64,000 bases of DNA from Vermamoeba vermiformis (Eukaryota), in contig JBEWZL010000282.1 in NCBI GenBank assembly GCA_045837725.1, positions 248,001-312,000 of the forward strand, written 5' to 3'. Below the pieces are notes generated by a model. The model saw only the letters and a list, made by a program, of their open reading frames with translations, made no database searches and had not been told where the DNA came from. The translations under genes were made by a program, and so were the position numbers. Within the stretch, counting starts at the first letter, position 1. Every line of letters begins with the position of its first letter. Positions 41,180 through 52,733 of the stretch are shown here, piece by piece.

Positions 41180-43169
41180 ATGGAACGCAACGCAGGGCCT
41201 GTAAACACTATATTGATTGGCTCGCGAGCTTGGAACAAAGATTTCATTGCAAGCGACAATGACACGGATTGGGATCTGATCGTCAATTTGAAGCAATTAG
41301 AGGATATAATAGGTTCGTAAAATTAGCAAAAATATCTTTTGATTGGTAGACGGGTATTTGGAGGTACAAGTTCGTGATCCTTCAATTCAAAATTTAACGG
41401 CCAATTAAAATTTGTAAATTCAATTGACCAATTCGAACTCTTCCATACTAACTTCTATCATTTATAGCGGAAAAAACATTTTATCACTATCGACCGCAGT
41501 TGGAAAACGGCAAACTGTCCGTCGTACATCAGAGTGGTGCGAGGTTAGAATTTGAAATTATGGAGAAGTTAGCAAGCGCTCAGATTCTCAAATCATTATC
41601 GAAAGAGCGAAAGGAAACGATCACGCTACAGAACCAAACTAAGCAGACTTTTCACTACGCAATCGTGCCAGTGACGTGGACTCTACAAACCAACATTCCA
41701 TCAAAAGAAGTCCTTTTAGTGCTCAAAGCAAGCCATATCTACTTCCCGATCAATTGGCGCAAGAATTGTAAGTTAAACGATGACCGATCCGACCAGATCC
41801 GCTTATTAACTGTCATATTATGCAGTCCTTCAGCTCGTGTCAATGATGTCCTCGTTCTCAAAGAGCTTCAGCAAAGTGATCAAAGAAGATCCTCACTCAT
41901 CATTGCTCAAAGAACTGTTTCAAACACGAGCACGCGAGACACTTCATCGAGTCAAGTCACAAGTGTACCTCTCAGTTCAACGAATTCATGCACCAACCAT
42001 CGATCAACTACGTGACTCGTGCAAAGGATGTTACGATCGTGAAGGGTTCATTTTTGCAGACATTTTGCAACTGAAAGAAGATCCGAGTGACACGTTCTAT
42101 TTACCGACCACTGGACTCAAACTGAGCAAGTCTGCGTGGTCACAGTACGGCACAGACAAGTGTCATTGCGATGGTGATGAGAATGAAAGCAAGGCATCCA
42201 TACTCTATGAACAGCTCGTCCTGTTGGCATTGCACTACTATCTGCCTCAACATCGCAACTTTGGCTTCTTGTCGTAAGTTCTACTAACCAAATGCACTGC
42301 AGTCAATTGTGACCGTTATCTATTCACAGAAAACTGAAAAAAGAAGATCAAATCAACGAGCTGTTCATGCTGTGTGTCGAGACATTTGTGACACAACAAC
42401 TTGTGCCCGTCACTCGTATCACAGATCATCATCCCGATTTCAAATCATGTACGATTATAACATTAGATTGCCAATCCGACGCAGTAGCTTACTCCAAATT
42501 TTAGGCTTTCCCACCACAGGCGCAGACATCATGGCAGAAGTCCATGGCTCGGACATTTTTGAGCCTGCACCATTGGCATCGAATGCAGAGCTAACAAAAA
42601 CAACATTCGCCAATCCAATCGTCAACTGGCTGCTCGACAATCTCAGCACTGAATACGAAGGACTGCGCACTTCATTCACTCAGTTCATGGTGAAAGCACG
42701 CAAAGCACGAGAAGAGTTGTTCGTGCATACACTCAATGCTATTCCTAATCTCCCCTTCGAGGTAATTGAAATGATCAAATCATCAGCGCCGAATGATCAC
42801 GTGCTTTTGTCGAAACTTTGTCGAGTGTGCAAGTCATGGAACAAGTACTTCAGTGAAGACACCAAGTGGGAGGCACTGTGCGACAGATTTGACCGTGAGA
42901 CACGAGCATTGGCTGAGAAGCACCTCAAAGCAGCGCATCGTCGTGTTGACGCCAAGACATTGTTCCGTGAGCTGTACGAGATGATGTCCACAGCACACAC
43001 GATGCACTATTGCAATCACTGTCGTGACGTGCATCAACGGCGCATGAGTTACGACGCTGTCGCCAGACGACTCGAATACGAGGGTCGTTGTGCTTGTCCT
43101 CAGTGCAAAACTGGCAGCGGGGATATCTGTCCTTATTTCAACGACTTTTTGTTCAGCAACGAACATTGA
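41180..43169 (+). CDS. Nucleotidyltransferase-like / F-box / Zn-finger protein, tandem copy 3
   Basis: ILIGSRAW...TDWDLIV; LPFEVIEMI...LCRVCKSW; CNHC...CACPQC...C; lacks one intron present in copies 1 and 2. Confidence 0.8.
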
Positions 43170-43262
43170 ACTTGTCTAATATATTGCATATAAACGACGC
43201 CACTGTAAAAAAAAATTGACTGCGTAACAAAAAATGCTTCTTTTGGGTGACACTTTGACATT

Positions 43263-44799
43263 TTATTTCTTTTTCAAGCTGTCAAAATATTCCGCCATAG
43301 ACTGTGCCAGTATTGCCTGTTCAATGTCCTGTTCGTATTGTGCGAGTTCAGACTCGTGTTTGAGCTGTTCAATCAAGCTCAGTTCAATCGCTTCATCGTC
43401 CATCACGCGGTCACTCTCTTGCTGCACGGTCTTCAGCACTTGTTCTTCGAGCACCTCGCGCTCTGATTCGTTGATTGCTGCCTCGACTTGCATCTTGTCG
43501 GCAAGCTAAAGGAGTATATTAATATGGCTATATTATATGGTGATTAATAGACGTACGCCTGGCTTCAGATCTGGCATGCCAAGACCGACTCCGAATGCAG
43601 GATTGTTTGGATCTCGAACGGAGTTGTAATGGTTGCCTTGATGATAGCTTAACTTGATCGATGGATTATCTGTCGCGTAGTTTTCTTGGAAAATATTCAG
43701 CGGCTCTTGGATTTATGGATCAGAAACAAGATCTCAAAGATAATGATCAGAATGGACTTACGATCATCTTCAGCATATATTTCAAAGGGTCTATTATACA
43801 GTTCAATCATCGCTTGGATCTCTAAATGATTGCCAAATGTTCCTAAGATTCTTTTGCGTCGGATGTACTCGTCAAAATCTTCCGTTACAAACTGCGAGTA
43901 ATAATCCCGATCTCTTTCCTATTAGTATTATATTAACATATATATCCAATACTAGCGTTCTTGTAACACTACCATAAAGTCCAAGCAATTCTTTCGTACT
44001 ACATCGTGCATGTCTGCATCGCCGTAGACTTGATCCGCTGCAAAATATCGAATGGTTAGTATAAAGCTATTTGATGTGATATATATGTGCCATATCAATC
44101 CTGATATTTGCTGAATTCAAGTTGTGCTTCGAAATCCAGTTCGCGTCTTACCGACAGATCTAAAAAGACAGTTTCCATCACCAGCTACTGCATATACTTC
44201 TAGTCCTGTTCGTTCTTTTAACAATCGCGCAAAAGCTTCTTCATCTGCAGTCTATATAAGAGTAAAGATTTGTCAGCAAATTTGAAATTGAATTGGATTT
44301 CGAACTGATTAATAATTTTAATTCTTCTAAATATTTTATTTTATATTTTAATAATATTTACCAATACTGGCCGTAGCTGGTTTGATAGGGATTGGCTGAA
44401 AGAATTTTTTGTTTCGGATCTTGGTTCTGCCGGGTTATGTGCTTGATTGCGCGATATTATAATACACCTCTTATTATTTACAATATTTACATTATTATTA
44501 TTTCGTGCTATTGACGGAGTTGGACTCTCTGAAGAAATTTTCTGTTTTTTTCTCGGATGTGGATCCGAATCTTTCTCCCACTCTGTGCCACTATCTGACG
44601 TTGTTACTACGCTATCATCTTCATTATTGTTATTATTTACAGTATTTTTGTTGTTGACATTTGCTGCATCCGGTGGATTAGTCTTTTCAATTACTTCAGT
44701 CGAATTCTCTTGCTTATTCTTGTCCTCGTTATTATTGCCATTATTATTACTCGTATTATTCGTGCTGGTAGTTGGTGTTTTATTTACAATGCGCACCAT
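43263..44799 (-). CDS. OTUD5: OTU-domain deubiquitinase (OTUD5/DUBA-like)
   Basis: [64 protein letters not shown]-terminal UIM-like EQAILAQS. Confidence 0.9.
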
Positions 44800-44843
44800 T
44801 TGTGGTGGTCAGATCTCAACTTTGAAAATAAACGATGCATTGA

Positions 44844-45207
44844 AACGAAGCCTGACGAATGTATTCACCCTGGTCCTCACTCACAAGCAGCTTACGTGTA
44901 ACAGTACTACACCCGTGCAGAACAGCCATCAGGTGGCATTGAGCCATCAGGTGAGGCAGGTGCTGACTACCCGGAGTGCTTAAAGAGAATGCACAGGATG
45001 AAAATTGAGTTTAAGTCGATCTTTTAATGGTCAGCAACTGTTTATGTAGCTGCTGGTTGCTACACTCAATTGCTCACCTTTGCGAGGGTAGTACATGAAG
45101 TGCTACAAATGACGCTAAGGCACACTACCTACTATGACTCACTGTACAGGTACAAATCACGCTTCATACTCATAATGCTCTCTTACTATGTTCCTTCACG
45201 CTTCGTT
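44844..45207. ncRNA. Candidate structured non-coding RNA (family unassigned)
   Basis: GC-richer than flanks, no credible ORF, several nested complementary segments (see findings). Confidence 0.35.
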
Positions 45208-45792
45208 GCGTGTACCGGTGCAGATCAGCGCTGATTCAAAGCAAGACGTTCTCTGAGTGCAATTGCCGCACAGTTCTTGGATTGTCCCGCAAGTTACCCG
45301 ACGTCAGCTTTGCCGCGCCAGTACAAGTTTGGTTCGCCGCAGCGGAAGCCGAAAGTTCGGTAGTACTGAGCGGAATTTACGTGAAATTTAGTTTTGAGGT
45401 GCAATTTTCACCTAGTTTCCTGTCGTTATTTTTTTCTCGTCGGGACTCAGCAGTTTTGTGTTATTGTTGCCTTGTCATTCGTTATCATCAATACCACCCT
45501 TTGATTGTTAATTTTGGAAGAGGATCCATTTTTATAATTTTAAAGCGGATCCAATCTCAGAACACAAAAGGCCTTTGCTTGTCAATCAAAATACATACTC
45601 AGGCAACAATCACCCACCATACACTATATTATTAAGGTAAGCTATTTAATTTTAATCGTGATTCGTGGCTTGATAATTTCAAAAATGTCGAAAAGTAGAA
45701 TTATTATTCCAACGGTATTCGTACGCGCGAAAAATTAGATTCATCACAATATAATAATAGACCCCCGTAATAACATATTATCTTATGGCAGA

Positions 45793-48316
45793 ATGGCTTC
45801 AACAGAGTCCGACGAAGTCGCAAAAATTATTTTGCTTACAAAAACATCTGAAGATCCGTTCGAAATCCTGGGCATAGATTACGATGCCACTGAAGTAGAA
45901 ATTAAAAAGTCTTATCGGTATGTAATTGCACGGCTAGCTATGAAGCCCACTAGATATGCGAAGATAACGATAATTTGTTACTTTGGCCCATCCACATAAT
46001 CTATCTTTTGCCACAATTCTGGAATGTCAAGAATAGTCTCTATTATACCCACTAGATACTATATCACAATTTAATATTACTCTGCTAATGCTGAGTTCAT
46101 TGTACAGAAAACTCGCGGTTTTGCTACATCCGGACAAAAATAATAACATGCAAGATGCCGAAGAGGCTTTTAAATGCGTTACACAAGCATATGTAAGCAC
46201 TCGTTATACATCTATATTAGTAACGTCTCGAAATAAGTTGTGCATGACATCGCGACGCTACTCCGATCTGTCATTTCTTAATATTTGTTGAAACCGACGA
46301 TCTTCCAATCTTCTGACTTAAATCTACATACACAAGCATTTGTTTTGTGCACATCAAGCAATCTCTAACCTCAATTCTTTATGTTTAGACTGTACTTCTA
46401 GATCCCGTTAAAAGACAACAACTGTTTTTCAATAGAGTTACACCTGCGAGCCCTAACGAACCGGTAAGTAGCGTTATATATACACCTTAAACACATAAAG
46501 TTGATGAAAACGATGACAAGTGATCTTCTAAGTTTATGTAACGGAGATCCGATTACTTGAATACTGGAATTGCTTTCGCTTAAATAGCGCTGTTTTCATC
46601 TAAATATCATCTAATAATATATCGCACGTTGATTCGTGATCTCCGACATAAATAGAAGGTTTACTCTTTCAAATTTCGGATCTCAACTTGGAGGGAATTC
46701 TTTGAAATTTCTAACTATTGAAAGCACCTCTCTGCTAAACTAACGTACTACAAAGGAGAGCTTATACCCTACTCGTTATATGACCAAATTTGCTCGTTTT
46801 CAATTGAATTTTTATAATAATGGTCGTACTTTTAGATATCCCGAAAGAGCGGTACAAATGTCTATCAAAATACAGATACCGTGCAATATAAGATGTACAA
46901 CATGTATTGCAACAAACTATTGAAGAAGATAGACGAAACTTCACCCGTTGTGTAAGTAACAATCACATCCGATTCCGGGACGCAACCGAACAAATTCCGA
47001 TTTTAAAATTTCAAACGGATTAATCATTGGAAATTCATAATGTCATACTTTATATCTTTAAACATTTCTATATCGATATATCGGTTCAAATAGCCGATTC
47101 TAATTTTGGAATTCCAGATCGCGCCGCACCCTCTCTCCAGCAGTCTCGCGCACAGCCTCATCAACACCACTCGATGGTCTGTCGCCTGCTACTAAGCGTA
47201 AGCGAGAGGAAGAAGAGATGGTGAAAGGCACTAAGAAGTTGAAGATTACTGACTTGAGATCTTCCACGAGCACGCACCACGACGAGTCGAGTTCGAGTGT
47301 CGAGGAAGAAGAGGCCTCAGACAGCTCTTCGCGCTCTAAAAATAGCCTCAGACGATCATCACAGCGATCCTCCACTGAAGAACTCAGTTTCAAGCGCGGC
47401 AAATCAGCTGCAGCCGGAGGTCCTGGCGCGGGTGCCAAAGCCGCGCACTCGAGCCCTGCAAACTTGACACGAGCACGTGTGAGCATCACCGACATCAATC
47501 AATTCATCTCACAGAAGATCAGACAAGTACGTGAATGATCATTGCTTGATTAGCAACGAATCTTGATTTGACACGTGTCACTTTTATTGACACTTGACTT
47601 GACAGGTGAAAGAGACACAAGAAGATGACATTAAATTGCACTTGTTTGAGAACTTGCAGCACAAGTTCGGAGAGGGTTCGACAGCTGGCACCTCGACACA
47701 GACAACGAGTCTGAGTGTCTCGGGCAATGGTCAGACTGGCACCTTCAGCCAAGTGACGACCTTCAGCTTCAATCAAAGCACGATCAGCTCGCCTAAAGTG
47801 ACGCCGAAGAGTGACTTGAACACGCTGCTGACCAACTATATGACGCAAGTGCCTGTCATCACCACCGTCAGTACCAGCAGCACGACCAACACGCCGAGCT
47901 ACAACTTTTTGAACCCGAACGACCCCGTCTTGTTGAACTCACTGCGCAAGAGTCAATCGCGCACTATTGGCCCGCACACCAGTCCCGTGGCGGTCTATTC
48001 CTCACCCGCGTCAAGTGCCCCGAGCACGCCTAGTGTCGCCAGCCCGACTGTCCCACACGCTGGCTTTGACTTTGGATCTCTGTTTGCGTCACAAAGTCCT
48101 GTCACGCCGAAGATTGAGCCACGCACAACTGCTGGTCAGAACAGCATTAGTTCGGTCAACTCGAGCTTTCAAGCTACAATTAGCAACTTGTTGAACGACA
48201 GCACCAACACGACACTGACGTCGATTTTGACGAGCCCTGTGACCAGTCCTCCACAACAAGTGTTCGAAGCAGCGAGTGACACCAGCACTGACACGAGTGC
48301 GCCGATGACATTATAA
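45793..48316 (+). CDS. DnaJ-domain protein with Ser/Thr-rich C-terminus
   Basis: DPFEILGI...EIKKSYRKLAVLLHPDKN...AEEAFK (J-domain with HPD). Confidence 0.85.
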
Positions 48317-48570
48317 GCCCGTCCTATATGATGTCTACCATGTACCATAGTGCCGTATTTATTTGTTTATAATTCTCCCTTCTGTGCAGCAATTTTGATA
48401 GGTAGTAACATTACTACGAGAAGTGTAATGTACTTGTAAATAGAAACTTTTTGCAGCTTTAAAAGCAGTAGATTCGCAGAAAAAAGATCAATTGCTTAAG
48501 TGTGATTGAAATAAAGTCAGTTTATGCGATAATTATAGTGGTATATTATTACATCGTCTAATGTGCTAAT

Positions 48571-50070
48571 CTAATGCGAGTCAGTGTAAGTAGCGCCTCT
48601 GTTGTATCGACCTTGTTCGACGAAGAACAAGTGCTCGCTGTCCTTGCTGCAGCGATGGTTAGCAAATCCATTGGTATTGAAGTTTGGTTGGTATACTTAC
48701 GCGTACGAGTAGAGCAACAAGCCCCAAGCTCCGACGAAGACAGCCAAGTCAGTGGCGTGATAAGGAATGGTGCCAGTGTAGAACATGGACACGGCAACTG
48801 AGACCGTGGTCATGAGTGCCAAGGCCAAGATCAGGTGCATGCGTGTGAGGCGAGGCGGTCTGTTGTTGTGATTGGGCGCTGTGGTGACTTGGTAAGGTTA
48901 AACAGTAGAATAAGGATAAGGGTGTTACACAACAGACGTACTCGCATTCAACAAGAAGTGCACTTCAAGGTAGTGAATGAACAGGCCGAAGAGCACGCCG
49001 TTCAAGATCTGGCGCAGTGAGTGGAAGCCCCAGCGCCAAGTGCGGTACATGGTCCACGCTGAGAACAAGACGAACACGGCGTACAGACCGAGCAGCACTT
49101 TCGTGATGAGTCTGTGACACGTGTTAGAGCTGACAAGGCAGTACATTATGTGATAGATAACTCACCTGACTCGTCCTTCTTTGAGGCGATTGAAGATCTT
49201 GGAGTTGAAGTACCAGTGCGTGTCGAGCGGTGATCTCTTCAAGCTGACAAAGATGTACAGAATGGACAAGAGCTGGAAGGTGTGGAAGGCAGAGTGGCCT
49301 GAGACACTGCGCGAGAGGTGTTAGTGTCAGTCTGCTGCTGTGACACGTGTCACATTGCGCTTGGTTCTAATGCCGTACCTGTTGTTATGATCTGCATTGC
49401 TTCGGCTGCACTGTCTGTCATCGTATGAATTCTTCAACACGTAAAGGATCGGGTACCAACACGCGTACCTGCACGTGGCACACAGCACAGGTGAGTTCAT
49501 TGAAACAAAAAATTCATCCCATCCGTTACTACTTACCACAAAATGTTGTACGTGCCTAAGAATACTGCACGCCAATTGGTCTATTAAAAATTATTAGTCT
49601 ATATTCAAGCCTTCTGTTCAGTTTCACGCGTACCTTTTGTCCTAACTGAGGACTGCCAGTGGGTTGCCAGAAAGAAATTGCCAATACAATCGCGCCAATT
49701 AACAGCTTGGAGCTGTTCCAAATGATCAATGATACGAATTTATATGGAATTTTGTGGTCCTCGGCATTGCGATCATGCAGACAGGTGTTGTAAAGTTTAG
49801 TCGCATCCAAGTACTGTCCTTCGCTAAAATCGACGCAAAAATATTATTAATATTTATTTAAATATTCTAAAAGATGCGCTTCATAAACTATACACGCAAA
49901 ACTAAATTTTCAGAAAACTTTTTCAATTTGCAAAATAATCTCCAATTTGCTCGATTACAACCTCCAATAAATTTTGTATGGCAATAATATTGATTAAAAA
50001 CTTACAATTTTAATGCGATGATTAAGCCCGCTGCAATTAGCAGCAAGTGGTCATAAGGGATCTTCGCCAT
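48571..50070 (-). CDS. PAP2/haloperoxidase-superfamily membrane phosphatase-like protein
   Basis: K...RP, VSGHS and YRTWRWGFHSLRQILNG motifs (PAP2 motifs 1-3) with TM helices; final exon ends TAG at 48571-48573. Confidence 0.65.
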
Positions 50071-50306
50071 TATGCTTTGATTCGGTATTTACAATTAACT
50101 TGATTGTTGTTGTATGGTGCTCGTATAAATAAATAATTATAAATTAGTCAATCGACAAAATTTTAGGTTTCTGAATGACGTCACGAATATTTTTTGCCTG
50201 GTCAAAATCCGAGAATTCTGAGAACCACGCACAAACAACTCCAAACCACTAATTTTATGTCATAAGAGTAAGACTTAGTACTATGCTCCGCGAATATCAA
50301 TGCTGA

Positions 50307-52588
50307 TTAGTCAGAACCTGAATTATTCGAATTCTGCATCATCAGATCCGTTTGAAATAAATCTTCTTCCGAACCTTCAACGCGATAGTCAACGAGCTCG
50401 ATCCGACCACTTGGCAGAAATTCTTTGATTTTGTTCATCGGCAATGGTAATTCCTCACTGACAAAGGTTATATTAGAACAACCCAGTTGACCAATTGCCA
50501 CTTACACATTGAAGTCAATTTCTTCGTTCAATTCACAGGTGATGAAGTGGCTGATTGGCTCTTCATTCGGAGTGATTGTTCTCATGCTCATCGTGCCATC
50601 TGGTGCTCGTACTTGGTAACAATACGACCCTTCCAACACACATACCCTTGCAATGCGACAGTCCTGCACGAGTAAGTCAGTAACGAGAGTAAAGAGAGTG
50701 CTGCGCCGTGACTAGTACTGACCTCTTCAAATGTCCATCTCTCGGACTTACGACCACTTTTTGTGAAAGTCATCAGCAGTTGATCCACCGCAATAAACAA
50801 CTTCTTCCAATCTAGTTCGTCCGATTCATCGATGACTGCGAGCTCATATGTGGCAAACCATTGAGCCTAAAACGAGTCAAACGGGTTATTTTCTGTAAGA
50901 TTCCGCGAGTGATCTACCTTCCAATACTCTTGCGATGTAATGATCTCACTGAATTGTATGCACGTGAGCATCACTGAAAGAATGTCCTCGAGACAATTCA
51001 AATAGCCGAAGATATGTCTCTTCGAGTCGTTACTGCACTTAATCAAATGACTCTCTTCAATGTCGCTCATTTCCGTGACAGTATGTTGACTTAAGTCACG
51101 AACGAAAGTGGCCTGTCCTCCTCGTTAATAATACCTCCACGAAGATGAAACTCACCTCATCCGAAGACCACCACTGGATCTTGGGACCAAAGATGTGAGA
51201 GCGCAAGTAGCGATCATGAAAGTCTTGTGCGAAGGGATTCATGTCATGTCTGTATAAGTTCCTTGGCAGCTCAGCCCTGTGTTTGATCAACAAGCGAGCG
51301 AAAGATGAAGACTCGGGACACGACATCGCTGCGTTGAGGGAAATCCTCGCTTCTTCAATAATCAACTCACCTCCTAAGTCGGCTTCAGTCAGCAAGTACT
51401 TCAATATTTCGTAGTTTTCGTTTTCAACTGCTGCATCTAACGCCTTCTGCATCGACTTTTTTGAACCGGTCAAAGAGTCGCTGAAATAGCCTTAGCACTT
51501 GAATGGAATAACCTCACACTGTAATCACACTTACAATTCTTTCATTAGCTTGACAATATTCATATTATCAGTGTCAACGGCAACATGTCCAAGATCACGA
51601 AACCAAGCTTTACGATCGTGCAAGTAGCGAATCAGTTCCTCATCGCAAGTTTCGATAGCCTTTGCCAGAATGTCCCCCGATGAATCTTCTGCTTCTTCCC
51701 ACGAATCCACCTCTCCCGAGTCATCATTACAATTAAAGTAGTTCTCCAAGCTAAACAAAATTAAGTTAAGTACTATGGACGAAGTGAACTTACGAATACT
51801 GAGGCAGAAATTCTTCCACGAGTTCAATATTGCAGTTTTCAACCGCTCTATAAACAAGCTCATTTCGTCGCTTCTCCACATAGTCCCAATACTTCGATGG
51901 GTCACCCTGAAACACCTGAAGCATTTCCACGTCATTGGCCTCTAACACAGCGCTCAGCGATTCGCCCTCATCGTACTCATAGTTCCATGTGACTTTGAGT
52001 GAGATCAGCTTCGCAACGGCTTTGGCACAGTTGTTCTGCACGGCATAGATCAATGGTGTGATTGCGTCACCGTCTGATTGGTCCAAATAGGCGTGATCTT
52101 GCTTCTTCAAATCGATTATGAGATCTGCTAATTCGTCTTCGCCGTTTTCACAAGCATAGTGCAGTGCTGTTTGGAAATTGTCGTCAGCAACGGCGAGATC
52201 CACATTTTTTTCCTGGATCAGATATTTTGCGAGATCTGTCATTCCATTCTCGATTGCAATCATTAACGGCGTTTGCTTTACATATCCAAAGCGCCAATTA
52301 AGGTCAGGCAACCGATCAATTAATTGTCTGAGCTGAGCTTCGTCATCTGAAACGAGAAGCGTCTCTTCGTCGGCCGTACATTCTTCATCGGTATTTATGT
52401 CTTTTTTCAACTCATCAATAAGCAGCTTTTCGGCTTCTGGATCGATTTTCCTTCTCTGAATTAAAATAATTTTAAATAATCATTCTTAGAATGAAGACTA
52501 ATAAAAAAATACGTATATGGTATTGCTGTGGCGTTCGTAGTACCTTGTTCGGGATAAAATCGTTTGACTCCGATAATCTTCGCTTCAT
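50307..52588 (-). CDS. Ankyrin-repeat protein with internal/C-terminal F-box
   Basis: ANK motifs (QTPLMIAIENG, TALHYACENG, TPLIYAVQNN); a GTGAGT...GACAG intron near 51118-51156 links in frame to MSDIEESHL...KRHIFGYL...VMLTCIQF...YWK (F-box-like). Confidence 0.7.
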
Positions 52589-52733
52589 GATTGTGTTTGT
52601 GTTACTAAACCGAAGAAGTTGCAAAAGTCCGAAAAAAAAACGAGACCAGAAAAAAAAACGCGATAAGGCGCGCATTAAAACCTTTACAGCAGCACGCAAC
52701 CACATCAAAAGCACAATTGGCGTATAAAAGCAA

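Noticed and set aside
36539-43169. The tandem array as a pure assembly duplication, or as an integrated viral segment
   Set aside because: The copies differ substantially in introns and tails, and all carry host-type spliceosomal introns. No viral hallmark genes, integrase or terminal repeats were seen nearby.
44890-44915. GTGTAGTA-CTGTT on the minus strand resembling the U2 snRNA branch-pairing region
   Set aside because: It lacks U2 5' stem I and the flanking U2 context, so it is a short chance match.
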